From Candidatus Nanopelagicales bacterium (lineage in GTDB: Bacteria; Actinomycetota; Actinomycetes; S36-B12), in NCBI GenBank assembly GCA_012103605.1, contig WLWL01000001.1:37216-101215 (forward strand): a DNA stretch of 64,000 nucleotides, written 5' to 3'. Numbering within the stretch: position 1 is the stretch's first letter; every line of letters begins with the position of its first letter. Below the pieces are notes generated by a model that searched no databases, was not told the DNA's origin, and saw only the letters and a program-made list of their open reading frames with translations. The position numbers and the translations under genes were made by a program. Positions 27,370 to 37,904 of this stretch are shown here, piece after piece.

Positions 27370-28987
27370 GGGATGCCTGAACGAAGTCGTGACCGTAGAC
27401 CACCCGACCGTCAACCCAGGTGGCCAGGCACTGGGGTAGATCGCCTGTCAGAACGGGGAGTCCGGGTGTTCCCGAACGGGGATCGGTCGACCAATCCGCA
27501 ACCCTGCTATCTGGAACGTGCACGTCGCGTTCGTCGACACGCCATGCGGCCAGGTGGGCGGGTGCTCCCGCGGAAATAACTCCCGCCTGGGAGTCGCCTA
27601 CGGCACGCCATCCCCCTCTGGTTGCCGCCGCGAACGCGGCACGTGCCGTGATGCGCTCGTCCGGCGTCGTGTGGCGTGTTGCTGCACGCACGATGGACCA
27701 TGGATCGATGGGCGTCACCGGACTGTCGGAGTTCAGGGCGAGGTGCCCACCAGCTCCGAGGATCGTTGCGAAGCGATTCATCGAACCGGCCCGCTCGTCG
27801 CCTAAGCGCGAGGCGTACATGCCATCGGGCACACCCCACAACTCATCGAACATCGGTTGCATGCTTACACAGGCTCCCAGGTCGATCACCGTGGCGATGT
27901 CAGCATCGGACAACATCTCAGCATGCTCGAGCCGGTGTCGACACGCCCGCAGCTTCTGTTCGCCGACAATGCTGCCAGCTCGACGAAAGCCAGCAGCCAC
28001 GGCTGCGCAGGCTGCGTCACCAATGACGTGGAAGCCGGCTTGGATCCCGGCCCGGGTTGACTCCACCAGGTGGCCGGTGATGTCGTCCTCCGACAGGTAC
28101 AGAACACCGCGCGTGTCAGCCGCATCGCAGTACGGCTCATGTAATGCCGCCGTATGTGAGCCGAGCGAACCATCGACAAACAGATCTCCGCCGACGCCAC
28201 GGGCACCGAGCTCTCGGGCCAGCTCGATCCCGCCCTCGGCTGCGAGTTGGCCCCAGTAACCCGTCACCTTGGGCCCGACGTTGTCGGCCGCTACCTCGAG
28301 CAAGGTCCGTAGATCCTCCGCTCCCCCAATCGTCGGCCCACCCATCTCGTGCACAGCCACGACGCCCTTCGATGCTGCCAAGGACAGTGTCGCCAGTTGT
28401 GCGTCTCGACGGTCCTGCGCCGATATCTGTTCGAAGGCGTACTCGCGAATGAGGTGGTGCGCCCGCTGCGCGACGGCACCGTGTGAAGAAAAGCCCTCGA
28501 CGCGGTCGATGTCAGGGCATCGATCGACGAGCGATGTGGATACCAGTGCCGAGTGGACATCGATCCGAGACAGGTAGACGTGCTGGCCCTGGGCCGCCAC
28601 ATCAATCTCGTCACGGCGAGGCAGACTCGGGTCTGCCCACATCGTTTCGTCCCAGCCGTGCCCATAGATGAGCCCCGACGCTCTGTCGCTCGCATGTGCG
28701 GTGATGGCGTCGAGGACGTCCTGGGCATGACGGGCATCAGATAGGTCGAGTCCCACCAGCCGCAGACCAGAGCTGGTCGCATGAATGTGCGAATCGACGA
28801 AACCTGGAGCAAGAAAGGCACCCTGGAGATCCACCACCTGATCAGCGAGATCTGTGTGAACGCGGGCCCCCGCTTCGTCACCCACCCAGGTGATCACTCC
28901 ATCGTCGATCATCACAGCGGACGCGAACGGGTCTGAAGACGAGTAGACCTCAGCGTTCACCAGCAGTGTGCGGCTGGAAGAACTCAC
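27362..28987 (-). CDS. amidohydrolase family protein (Amidohydro_3, metal-dependent)
   Basis: GFVDSHIHATSSG HxH motif and C-terminal HLALNSDSPVTP. GTG 28987 makes a GTGA overlap with the M24 peptidase stop. Confidence 0.75.
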   Translation of the reverse strand: MSSSSRTLLVNAEVYSSSDPFASAVMIDDGVITWVGDEAGARVHTDLADQVVDLQGAFLAPGFVDSHIHATSSGLRLVGLDLSDARHAQDVLDAITAHASDRASGLIYGHGWDETMWADPSLPRRDEIDVAAQGQHVYLSRIDVHSALVSTSLVDRCPDIDRVEGFSSHGAVAQRAHHLIREYAFEQISAQDRRDAQLATLSLAASKGVVAVHEMGGPTIGGAEDLRTLLEVAADNVGPKVTGYWGQLAAEGGIELARELGARGVGGDLFVDGSLGSHTAALHEPYCDAADTRGVLYLSEDDITGHLVESTRAGIQAGFHVIGDAACAAVAAGFRRAGSIVGEQKLRACRHRLEHAEMLSDADIATVIDLGACVSMQPMFDELWGVPDGMYASRLGDERAGSMNRFATILGAGGHLALNSDSPVTPIDPWSIVRAATRHTTPDERITARAAFAAATRGGWRAVGDSQAGVISAGAPAHLAAWRVDERDVHVPDSRVADWSTDPRSGTPGLPVLTGDLPQCLATWVDGRVVYGHDFVQASHG

Positions 28988-30102
28988 GCAGGAATCCGCA
29001 TCAAATCGCGACTGAGGGTGTTCAGATTGCGTGCCCCCTCCTCGGTGCACACCACAATGTCCTCGATCCGAGCGCCGTAGCGTCCCGGGACGTAGAAGCC
29101 CGGTTCGATGCTGAACGCCATGCCCGGCTGAAGAACGTCGGTATTGCCTTGGACCAAGTACGGCTCTTCGTGACTCTCCAGCCCGATCCCATGCCCGATT
29201 CGGTGAATGAAGTATTCGTCAAGAGGTCGCCCGTCCAGGTGATGGTCGTGCATCAGGGCGCGCGCGTGAGCGTCGACGGATTCGCACGTCCGCTCGTCAC
29301 TGACAAACGCCACGGACGATTGCTGTGCGTTGAGCAGCACCTCGAATGCCGCGCTGTATTCGGCGGCGGGCTCACCCACAACGTAGGTGCGCGTGCAGTC
29401 ACTGCGGTAGCCGCTCGGCATTGTTCCGCCGATGTCAATCACGATCGGATCGCCGATGCTGATGACGCGCTCGGAAACTGAGTGATGCGGGTTGGCACCA
29501 TTGGGGCCACTGGCCACGATGACGAAATCCACTCCTGTGTGCCCGGCATCGATAATTGCGGCACCGATGTGGTGAGCGACCTCGCTTTCGGTGATGCCGG
29601 ATCGGACAATCGTCGGCACGAGGCGGTGCACGGATTCAATGGCCGCAGCCGCTTCCTGCAACAGTTCGATCTCCCGTGCTGTCTTCTTCTGGCGCAAATC
29701 GTTGAGGATCGATCCCGCAAGCACCTGGGGCCGCTCGTGCAGCACCTGCCGGAGTCGCAAGACTCGCTGTGCCCACATGTGATCGTCCACGGCGATGGCT
29801 CCGGAAACGTCGTCGCCTACCAGGTCAGCGAGGATCAGGAATGGATCCTCGGTCTCGGACCACGTGATGACCTCTCCGCCGTTGCGAGCAAAGGTAGATT
29901 CGCGGGCTTCACCGGCTTCCAGAGCCGGTGCTATCAACGCGGGTGAGCCCGTGTGTGGAATAACCAGTGCCGTGAGGCGTTCGAGAGGCTTGGCGTCGTA
30001 CCCGGCGATGTATTGGAGATCCGCTCCGGGTGTGATGACCATGGCCGCCACGTCGTCGTCATGCATGGCCTGGTGCAGGCGGGTCAGAAGCTCTAGTTCC
30101 AC
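28984..30102 (-). CDS. M24 family metallopeptidase (Xaa-Pro dipeptidase-like)
   Basis: Pita-bread metal ligand motifs: DIGGTMPSGYRSD, HRIGHGIGLESHEEP and MAFSIEPG. Confidence 0.8.
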   Translation of the reverse strand: MELELLTRLHQAMHDDDVAAMVITPGADLQYIAGYDAKPLERLTALVIPHTGSPALIAPALEAGEARESTFARNGGEVITWSETEDPFLILADLVGDDVSGAIAVDDHMWAQRVLRLRQVLHERPQVLAGSILNDLRQKKTAREIELLQEAAAAIESVHRLVPTIVRSGITESEVAHHIGAAIIDAGHTGVDFVIVASGPNGANPHHSVSERVISIGDPIVIDIGGTMPSGYRSDCTRTYVVGEPAAEYSAAFEVLLNAQQSSVAFVSDERTCESVDAHARALMHDHHLDGRPLDEYFIHRIGHGIGLESHEEPYLVQGNTDVLQPGMAFSIEPGFYVPGRYGARIEDIVVCTEEGARNLNTLSRDLMRIPA

Positions 30103-30134
30103 GGGTTAACCGTAAAGCGTGCCAGACTTCCTGC

Positions 30135-31073
30135 GTGCCCACCTCGAATGTGGACGTCATGATCCTCGACACAGCGTCGTTGTACTACCGATCTTTCTAT
30201 GCCCTGCCCACCTCCATGACCGCACCCGATGGGCACCCGCATAACGCAATCCGTGGCGTGCTGCAGACCATCGAGCGTCTGCGAGACATGTACAACCCAC
30301 GAACACTCCTGTGTGCGTGGGATACCGATTGGCGCCCGAAATGGCGGGTGGATCTCATCCCGAGCTACAAGACCCACCGCGTGGAACAAGAGTCCGCCAC
30401 GGGGGACGAAGAGGCCGAGCCTGATGAACTCGGCCCGCAGATCGGTGCGATCCGCGACATCCTGGAGGCGTGGGGCGTACCCGTGGTGGGCGTCCGCGAA
30501 TTCGAAGCAGATGACGTCGCCGGAACCCTCGCTCAAGCAGCAAGCCAGGCAGGCCGCTCCACGGTTGTTGTCACCGGTGATCGTGACTTCGTACAACTGG
30601 TCACGGGAACGGTCGGTGTTCTCATGACCGTGAAGGGCGGAATGGATGCATGGCCGCTGCTGGATGCCGACGGCGTTGTCGAGCGTTTCGATGTGTCCCC
30701 GCCGCAGTACCTCGACGTCGCAATCTTGCGAGGTGATCCATCCGATGGGCTTCCCGGTGTGCCGGGAATTGGGGAGAAGACCGCGGTCGCACTGATCAGG
30801 ACCTTCGGCTCGCTCAACAGGGTTCGCCAGGCGAGCGCATCAGGACCCGTCGAGAAACCACTTACTCCGCGACTCGCACGACTTGTTGTGGACAACGCGG
30901 AATACCTCGACGCCGCCGAACGCGTCGCGGCCATACGGCGTGACGTACCCATCCCCCGCCTTAACGACGTCATCATGCAACCCATCCCTGCCTCAGCGAG
31001 CCACCCGCAGAAGTGGGACAACCTGCTTGCCGAATGGGGAGTTGAGCGCTTCGCTCAGGGTGCGGTTGGCTGA
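30135..31073 (+). CDS. 5'-3' exonuclease (FEN / Pol I N-terminal domain-like)
   Basis: Motifs LILDTASLYYRSFYA-type, AWD..WRP.WR, GFEADD, TGDRD and the H3TH GDPSDGLPGVPGIGEKTA. The start is GTG 30135 or ATG 30159. Confidence 0.8.
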   Translation: MPTSNVDVMILDTASLYYRSFYALPTSMTAPDGHPHNAIRGVLQTIERLRDMYNPRTLLCAWDTDWRPKWRVDLIPSYKTHRVEQESATGDEEAEPDELGPQIGAIRDILEAWGVPVVGVREFEADDVAGTLAQAASQAGRSTVVVTGDRDFVQLVTGTVGVLMTVKGGMDAWPLLDADGVVERFDVSPPQYLDVAILRGDPSDGLPGVPGIGEKTAVALIRTFGSLNRVRQASASGPVEKPLTPRLARLVVDNAEYLDAAERVAAIRRDVPIPRLNDVIMQPIPASASHPQKWDNLLAEWGVERFAQGAVG

Positions 31074-33805
31074 AAGGAGACGACCCCTCGATCCAGAGCA
31101 TCGACTGCCTCGCGGGCAGCCACCGTCACCTGTGGATCAGCCGCAGCCTGGGAAATCTGTTCCAAAACATCGATGACCTGACGGGTCCAACGGACGAAGT
31201 CCCCAGCGCTGACGTCATTGCTCGTCAGCACCGTCAGCAGACTCGCACCACGTGCCCAGCGATACATGGCCCAGACCAGACCCGCGTCGGGTTCAGGTTG
31301 AGGGTTGAGGCGGTGGGCCCGCTCGATATCGCTTAGGCGCGCCCAAATGCGGTGCACCCCCGCCAGGGCTGCTTCCACCGCTCCACCGGGCACCGCGGGG
31401 CCCACCTCCCCTTCCGAACGCCGCGACTCGTAGACGATCGCCGCCACCACCGACGCAAGTTCGTGAGGCGCCAAACCGCTCCACACGCCGGCACGAAGGC
31501 ATTCGGCAATGAGCAAGTCGGATTCCGAATACAACACGCCCAGCATGCGCCCCTGGTCGGTGACGCGCAGACTGTTTGCCGTTCCCGCGAGGTATCCAAG
31601 TTCCGTCAGGGTCTCGCACACCCGGTCGAACTGACGAGCGATGCTATGCGTTCGGGCGGCAATGCGTCGATCCAATTCCCCTATCTGTCGCTCTGCACGG
31701 AAATAGCGCTCCGCCCAACGGGCATGGGCTTCGCGTTCTTCACAGCCGTGACAGGGATGAGCCCGCAACCGCGATCGCATGTCTGAGATTTCGTCGCCGG
31801 ACTCAGCGACGGACCCTTGCGTCGCGCGTGATCTCCCGCCCGCTTCATTCCCCGCCGATTCCGCTACCGCGACAGCCCGCTGAGCCAAGTCGCGCTTCAT
31901 GCCGGAGTCCTTCGCAGAGAAGTGACGGGGAATCTTGACTCGCCCCACAACATCTAAAGAACCCGGCACCTCCACGGTGGAAATGCGTCGGATCTGCCGC
32001 TCGGCGGTCAAGACCTGCGGCCGAGGATCCGCGGGTCGATCAGCTGCGCTGAGAACAACTGCGGGCCCGGCACGCTTACCGCGCGGAATCCGAATGACAT
32101 CACCGGGCCGCAATGCCATCAAAGAATTCTCGGCATTCGTCTTGCGAGCCACCTGGGCTCGACGTCCGGCGGTCTTCTCGGCCTGAGAAAGATCCTCGCG
32201 GATCCGGGCGTATTCGGAGAAATCCCCGAGGTGGCATGACATCGCTGTCCGGTAGCCATCTTGAGCCTCTCGCAAACGCTTGGCCTCAGCGCTGAGGCCC
32301 ACGACGGATTGATCTGCTTGAAATTGCGCAAAACTTGTTTCCAGCACATCGCGCGCGCGTTGGCGCCCCATGGTGCCCACGAGATTTACGGCCATGTTGT
32401 ACGACGCGCGAAATGACGATTTCAGCGGATACGTTCGAGTGGACGCCAGTCCGGCGAGGACCTCCGGATCGAGATCGTCGGACCATAGGACGACCGCGTG
32501 GCCCTCGACGTCGATGCCACGGCGTCCGGCCCTCCCGGTGAGTTGGGTGTACTCCCCCGCACTCAAATCTGCATGCGCTTCGCCGTTCCACTTCACCAGT
32601 CGCTCCAACACCACGCTCTTGGCTGGCATGTTGATGCCCAGAGCCAGAGTTTCGGTTGCGAAGACAACCTTGATCAGCCCCTGCTGGAAAAGGTCCTCGA
32701 CGACTTCCTTGAATGCCGGAAGCATGCCGGCATGGTGGGCCGCGATTCCTCTCTCAAGGGCATCTGCCCAATCGACGTAGTCGAGTGCCGCGAGATCGTC
32801 GTCCGAGATACCCATTGTTCGCTCGGCGATGGTCGATCGGATGCGTTGTCGCTCCTCGGAGGTCGTGAGGCGAATAGCTGAGCGCAGACACTGCTGCACC
32901 GCGTCGTCACATCCGGCCCGACTGAACAAGAAGTAGATGCACGGCAGGAGGCCATCACTGCCGAGCTTCTCCACGACATCACTGCGCCAGGGCGTGAGCC
33001 TTGTCCTCCGATGACGCTGATGCCGACTTCGCGAGGCTCGTCGTGAACCACCGGGGCGGGCCCTTCCTGATCGGACTCCGCGCTCTAGGGCGATGAGTTC
33101 AGGGTTAACGTGATGCCCATCCGAAAACAGGTCGTACAGGTGATGTCCCGCCATCACGTGCTGCCACAAGGGAACAGGTCGGTGTTCTTCCACGATGACT
33201 TCGGTGTCCCCCCGCACGGCAGACAACCACGCACCAAATTCCTCAGCGTTCGACACCGTCGCGCTCAACGCGGCGACGATCACCTCCGACGGCAGATGGA
33301 TGATGATTTCTTCCCACACTGCCCCACGGAATCGGTCCGCCAAATAGTGAACCTCGTCCATCACGACGTGGCTCAAGTTGTCCAAGGTGGTGGAACCTGC
33401 GTACAGCATGTTGCGAAGAACTTCCGTGGTCATCACGACCACGGGAGCCTCGCCGTTTATAGAGGTGTCACCGGTCAAGAGGCCGATGGTGTCGCGTCCG
33501 TAACGCTCCACCAACTCCGCGTACTTCTGATTCGACAAAGCCTTAATGGGTGTCGTGTAAAAGCACTTGGTGCCCGACTGCACAGCACAGTGGATGGCAA
33601 ACTCCCCGACAACAGTTTTGCCGGATCCCGTCGGTGCGGCGATCAGTACGCCGCGGCCGGCTTCGAGAGCGCGGCACCCGGTCAACTGGAATTCATCAAG
33701 TGCGAACTCGTATAGCCGGGCAAACTGCTCGGTCTGTGGTGCCGATGAGCGTTGCCGAGACGCTGCATAGCGATCGGCGGGCGAAGCACCAGACACAGCT
33801 GCCAC
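31055..33805 (-). CDS. helY: Ski2-like DEAD/DEAH box helicase HelY
   Basis: Motifs APTGSGKT, DEVH, SAT, and HHAGMLP with the FATETLALGINMPA helicase C domain. The C-terminal region is DSHCT-like. The start is tentative: GTG 33805, 2 nt after the DAG-kinase stop, but the ORF is open to 34021. Confidence 0.8.
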   Translation of the reverse strand: MAAVSGASPADRYAASRQRSSAPQTEQFARLYEFALDEFQLTGCRALEAGRGVLIAAPTGSGKTVVGEFAIHCAVQSGTKCFYTTPIKALSNQKYAELVERYGRDTIGLLTGDTSINGEAPVVVMTTEVLRNMLYAGSTTLDNLSHVVMDEVHYLADRFRGAVWEEIIIHLPSEVIVAALSATVSNAEEFGAWLSAVRGDTEVIVEEHRPVPLWQHVMAGHHLYDLFSDGHHVNPELIALERGVRSGRARPGGSRRASRSRHQRHRRTRLTPWRSDVVEKLGSDGLLPCIYFLFSRAGCDDAVQQCLRSAIRLTTSEERQRIRSTIAERTMGISDDDLAALDYVDWADALERGIAAHHAGMLPAFKEVVEDLFQQGLIKVVFATETLALGINMPAKSVVLERLVKWNGEAHADLSAGEYTQLTGRAGRRGIDVEGHAVVLWSDDLDPEVLAGLASTRTYPLKSSFRASYNMAVNLVGTMGRQRARDVLETSFAQFQADQSVVGLSAEAKRLREAQDGYRTAMSCHLGDFSEYARIREDLSQAEKTAGRRAQVARKTNAENSLMALRPGDVIRIPRGKRAGPAVVLSAADRPADPRPQVLTAERQIRRISTVEVPGSLDVVGRVKIPRHFSAKDSGMKRDLAQRAVAVAESAGNEAGGRSRATQGSVAESGDEISDMRSRLRAHPCHGCEEREAHARWAERYFRAERQIGELDRRIAARTHSIARQFDRVCETLTELGYLAGTANSLRVTDQGRMLGVLYSESDLLIAECLRAGVWSGLAPHELASVVAAIVYESRRSEGEVGPAVPGGAVEAALAGVHRIWARLSDIERAHRLNPQPEPDAGLVWAMYRWARGASLLTVLTSNDVSAGDFVRWTRQVIDVLEQISQAAADPQVTVAAREAVDALDRGVVSFQPTAP

Positions 33806-33806
33806 C

Positions 33807-34769
33807 TTAGGCGTGGTGGGCGTCCAGCACCTCCAGGGCGCGGTGACGAACCGCAACGGTGGCTGGTAACGGCCCGATCCGTTCGCCATCGGCGTAGACA
33901 ATCGAGTCCGGAGCGTCGATCCGGAGTTGTCGAGCCGTCCAGGCCGTGACGGACGGGTGCTCGATATGGCGTCCGGAATACACACGCGGCAGAACCGAGA
34001 CGAAGGTTCGCTTCGGCGCATTCGTCACCAATGTCACGTCCAGGACGCCGTCGGCCATATCAGCACCGGGACACACCAACATGCCGGATCCATAGGCCGG
34101 TCCATTACCGATGGCCAGCACCATGCCCGCCATACTGCGATCTTCGCCATCGCTGTCAATGGAGTACCAGCGGGGGCGCACCGTCGGCAATTCGCGGGCG
34201 ACGCCCAGCAAGTACCGGGCTTTGCCCACTCGTGCCGGCATGGCATTAGCCCGTTCGTTGACGTCCGAGTCAAAGCCGCATGACAGGACGCCAAGAAAGT
34301 ACTGGGGCTCAGCGTCCCCACAGTCAACCGAACCCACATCGATGGAGCGAAAGCGCTGATCTGTGACGGCATCGATGAAACTGTCGATGGATGGCGCGGG
34401 GGCCTCGGAGTGCACCGGTGGTTCACCGCCGGTCGTGGTGATGGGCTCGGTGGGCGTGCTGTTCTTGGTCAAGCGCAGACCGCGATCGATGTCATTACCG
34501 GTACCCACTGGCCAGATGGCGATGCGAGGAGAGGCCGCGTCGGCTCGCATCACCCCTTGCAAGCAGTCGTGCACGGTCCCATCACCGCCACAGGCGATCA
34601 CTAGTCCGCGTGGGGCGGTCTCCATGGCAGTGCGCACAGTGTCCTCTCGATTCGCGGCGACGTGCACATGCACGGACATTCCTGCGTCGGCGCACGCTCG
34701 GGCAAGAGTGCTGGCGTGGTCAACTGCACTGCCCCCACCTGCAGTGGGGTTCACGACGATTTTGATCAC
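33807..34769 (-). CDS. diacylglycerol/lipid kinase family protein (DAGK_cat)
   Basis: ACGGDGTVHD catalytic motif. The GTG start makes a GTGA overlap with the tatC stop. Confidence 0.8.
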   Translation of the reverse strand: MIKIVVNPTAGGGSAVDHASTLARACADAGMSVHVHVAANREDTVRTAMETAPRGLVIACGGDGTVHDCLQGVMRADAASPRIAIWPVGTGNDIDRGLRLTKNSTPTEPITTTGGEPPVHSEAPAPSIDSFIDAVTDQRFRSIDVGSVDCGDAEPQYFLGVLSCGFDSDVNERANAMPARVGKARYLLGVARELPTVRPRWYSIDSDGEDRSMAGMVLAIGNGPAYGSGMLVCPGADMADGVLDVTLVTNAPKRTFVSVLPRVYSGRHIEHPSVTAWTARQLRIDAPDSIVYADGERIGPLPATVAVRHRALEVLDAHHA

Positions 34770-35602
34770 GAGTTCTCATCGATTGGTGAGGCTTGATCGT
34801 CATCCCATTCGCGATAGTCCGGCTCACCGAGGCCTCGGCGGGCTCGACGCCGATCGTTGAGAAGAGCAATTCCTACGGCGATGACAACCAGCATGAGAAT
34901 CGGTCCGGCCAGGAGAACCAGGTTGATGGGATCACCGGTCGGCGTGGCGATCGCCGCGAAGATGAACACCACGAAAATGATCCACCGCCACCAAGACATC
35001 AGACGCTTGCCGGTCAAGATTCCCGCGAAATTCAAGGTGACGATGAACAGCGGTGTCAGGAAGCCGACTCCAAAAACGATCACCGTCCGGATAAAGAACC
35101 GGAGATATCGGTCCACCGACACGATGTTTTCCACGTTTTCCGGTGTGAACCCCAACAGAATCTCGAGGCCAAAGGGCAGCACGAAATAGGCCAAAGCAGT
35201 GCCGGCGAGGAACAACGGAAAGGCAACCGCAACGAATGCGATCCCCCACCGCTTCTCATGTTTGTGCAGCCCGGGGGTCACGAATCGCCACAGCTGATAC
35301 AGCCACACGGGCGAGGCCAGAACTATTCCCGCAATTGCCGCCACCTGGAGTTGCAGGATGAAGGGGTCGGTAACCCCGGTGAGGGCAAGGGTGACGTCGC
35401 GACCCTCATTCTGGGCCTGCTCTACTGCACCCTCAAAGGGCTGGCTCAGAAGTTCGAAAATTGTCGGGTACGCGATCCAACCAACCACCATGCCGACAAC
35501 AACGGCGATCCCCGACTTGACGAGGCGTGAACGCAACTCACGCAGATGTTCGGTAAGCGGCATCGCCGCCTGTTGTTCGTTCCCCTGCTCCTGAACTGCC
35601 AC
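34766..35602 (-). CDS. tatC: twin-arginine translocase subunit TatC
   Basis: MPLTEHLRELRSRL N-terminus, a six-TM profile, and location downstream of tatA. Confidence 0.85.
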   Translation of the reverse strand: MAVQEQGNEQQAAMPLTEHLRELRSRLVKSGIAVVVGMVVGWIAYPTIFELLSQPFEGAVEQAQNEGRDVTLALTGVTDPFILQLQVAAIAGIVLASPVWLYQLWRFVTPGLHKHEKRWGIAFVAVAFPLFLAGTALAYFVLPFGLEILLGFTPENVENIVSVDRYLRFFIRTVIVFGVGFLTPLFIVTLNFAGILTGKRLMSWWRWIIFVVFIFAAIATPTGDPINLVLLAGPILMLVVIAVGIALLNDRRRARRGLGEPDYREWDDDQASPIDENS

Positions 35603-35610
35603 AGGGGCGC

Positions 35611-35922
35611 TTAGCCGTTGTTGGTTTCCGTGGAACGCTCACCAGCATCGTGTTCGACGGGACCAGAGTTTGCAGGGGGCGATTCGCGCGGGGGCGATTC
35701 GATCGCACTCGGAGGCGCAGGCGCCTGGGCGGTAGACCCGGCAGCGGCATCTGCTGCGGTCTCGCCGTCCTCTTCCCCGTCAACAAGTCCCTTGGTCTCC
35801 GCCTTGAATATGCGAAGGGACCGCCCCAGGCCACGCGCGGCGTCGGGAAGGCGCTTGGCTCCGAAAAGCAAGAGAACCAGGGCGACGATGATGAGCAGTT
35901 CTTGCCATCGCAAGTTGGGCAT
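35611..35922 (-). CDS. tatA: twin-arginine translocase subunit TatA/E
   Basis: The N-terminal TM is followed by the amphipathic helix: [35 protein letters not shown]. Confidence 0.85.
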   Translation of the reverse strand: MPNLRWQELLIIVALVLLLFGAKRLPDAARGLGRSLRIFKAETKGLVDGEEDGETAADAAAGSTAQAPAPPSAIESPPRESPPANSGPVEHDAGERSTETNNG

Positions 35923-35970
35923 GGTCCAGGCTCCTTCGGTTACGCACAGGTGGAACCGTGCACCCCCATG

Positions 35971-36927
35971 CTAGCCGGATTGCTGCCGGGATACGGCAGC
36001 CTGGCGAACCAGGCCCCGTACCTCCTCAGGCTCCACCACCGAAACCGCGCCCCCGTGTCCCATCACCCACCGCACGAGCCAATCCACCGAGGCATAGCGA
36101 ATTTCCGCATACACGCCATCCTCGGAGCCATCACCCGCAGGTTCGGCAGACGCGTCCGGCACCTGCACCACGGGTTCAGAGTCCACAATCCACAGCGCTT
36201 CGGGGGCAATGTGAAGCAGCGCGGCGCTCATGTTGTCGGGGTCACGTCGCAGTGCCGGTGGGCCTTCACCTGTCGGGGTGCTCGGCGGCGGATGGTCGGG
36301 TGCTGGCTCGACGCTCACGATCCGATCCGTCCGGAAGGTTCTGACGTCGTCCGCGCGAAAACACCATGCATGGACGTACACAAATCCATCCACGGAGAAG
36401 CTTGTGCGCGGTTGAATGCGACGTCGCTCGATGAGGTCTGCTTGACCAGATGCGTACTCCATTTCCACAACGCTCCCGCCGGCTATTGCATCCTCCAAAG
36501 TCGCCATGACAGCCGACTGATCGGGAATGGTGATGTCGAGGGTGAGCGACGGTTCGGCGAGAGCTTCCAACTTCACCATCGCCGACAGGATGGACTCTTG
36601 GGGCTGGGCACCGGGGAGGTTGCTGAGGACCCTCAGGCCAAGGTGCAGGGCCGCGACCTCCTCGCCTGTCAGGCGAAGGGGCTTCTCCAGCGTTATCGCA
36701 TCGACGACATGGATGCAGTCGTCGTCCCAGAACTGTATATCGACGAGTTGGTCCGGTCCATATCCTGGAATCCCGCACACGATCAATTGCCACAGATCTT
36801 TGGAGAGCTGTTCGCTTGAGATCTGAAAATGAGCAGCAGCCTCGGTGATGGTGATCCCATCGTGCGCGCGCAGCCACGGCACAAGAACCAAAAGCCTGGA
36901 CAATCGCTCAGACGCAGTTTCGCTCAT
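35971..36927 (-). CDS. pafC: WYL domain transcriptional regulator PafC
   Basis: ATGA overlap with the pafB stop. The architecture is HTH-WYL-WCX. It sits between pafB and tatA, as in mycobacteria. Confidence 0.8.
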   Translation of the reverse strand: MSETASERLSRLLVLVPWLRAHDGITITEAAAHFQISSEQLSKDLWQLIVCGIPGYGPDQLVDIQFWDDDCIHVVDAITLEKPLRLTGEEVAALHLGLRVLSNLPGAQPQESILSAMVKLEALAEPSLTLDITIPDQSAVMATLEDAIAGGSVVEMEYASGQADLIERRRIQPRTSFSVDGFVYVHAWCFRADDVRTFRTDRIVSVEPAPDHPPPSTPTGEGPPALRRDPDNMSAALLHIAPEALWIVDSEPVVQVPDASAEPAGDGSEDGVYAEIRYASVDWLVRWVMGHGGAVSVVEPEEVRGLVRQAAVSRQQSG

Positions 36928-37904
36928 GAGTGATCGGCTGCCAGTTGTTGAAGACCCTGGTGGAAGGCAGAGACCACGTGCTCGGGATAGACCGGATACA
37001 CCTCCGGTCCCGCCCGCCACAGCAACGCGAGTGCCCGGCGGGGTGAATCGTGGATAGTGAACACCGAGGCTTGACGTGAACCGTCTGCTTCACTGCCAGT
37101 GCGCGATGGCCGACACGTTGGGTGACGACGCAACTCCGCCCCTTGATGTTCCGGCAGGACGAAGCCGATCTCGACGTCCTCCTCGGACTCCTCCGAGGTC
37201 GCCGTGGGGGCAGCAGGTCGCTCCGTCGTACTGGATTCGGCCGTGAGGTTGACCGAGCCCTCGATACGTGACACACGGAAAGTGCGTGCGCTCGTGCGTT
37301 CGTGATCCCACCCGGTGAGGTACCAACGGCCGTCCTCGGCGTGTAACGACCACGGATCGACACGTCGGGTCGATTCGTCGGCGCCCGGCTTTCGGTAGGA
37401 GAAGCGCACGACCTTGCGATCCCGCACGGCACGCATCAGGGGCAACAGCGCCGCGTCGCTGGCACTCACATGGGCGAAGGTCGGTATCGCTTTGGCATCC
37501 GGCGCGAGGGACGGGATCGTCCCCGTTGATTCGAGTTTTCGCACAGCCGTGGTCGCGGTTGCGCTCAAGATTGCGTCGTCCCACACCAGCGCCGCTAGAT
37601 TCAAAGCCATCAGCTCGTCCGCGTCGAAAGTGACATCCCGGTGCACATACTCGGACGTATTGATCAGATACCCCAAGACTTCACCGTGAGCATCGGTGAC
37701 CGTCCCGATGGGTATGCCCATGGACCGCAGTTCATCTTTGTCACGCTCGAACATGCGCTCAAAGGCAGTAGTCGTCGCCGCTGGGTCGTAGCCCGCCACG
37801 CTGGATTGCACCACCTGGCGTGACACCGGCGTATGAGCAGCCAGAAGAGCGATGACCAGATTGAGGAGACGCTCCGTACGCGTCACCTGTGAACTAGCGG
37901 ACAT
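36924..37904 (-). CDS. pafB: WYL domain transcriptional regulator PafB
   Basis: The N-terminal HTH (TERLLNLVIALLAAHTPVSRQVV) is followed by a WYL domain (GRWYLTGWDHER). It is paired with pafC. Confidence 0.8.
   Translation of the reverse strand: MSASSQVTRTERLLNLVIALLAAHTPVSRQVVQSSVAGYDPAATTTAFERMFERDKDELRSMGIPIGTVTDAHGEVLGYLINTSEYVHRDVTFDADELMALNLAALVWDDAILSATATTAVRKLESTGTIPSLAPDAKAIPTFAHVSASDAALLPLMRAVRDRKVVRFSYRKPGADESTRRVDPWSLHAEDGRWYLTGWDHERTSARTFRVSRIEGSVNLTAESSTTERPAAPTATSEESEEDVEIGFVLPEHQGAELRRHPTCRPSRTGSEADGSRQASVFTIHDSPRRALALLWRAGPEVYPVYPEHVVSAFHQGLQQLAADHS

Noticed and set aside
30093-30596. 167-aa minus-strand ORF overlapping the start of the 5'-3' exonuclease gene.
   Set aside because: The region is fully explained by the exonuclease, whose conserved FEN motifs lie on the + strand. 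The antisense product has no motifs.
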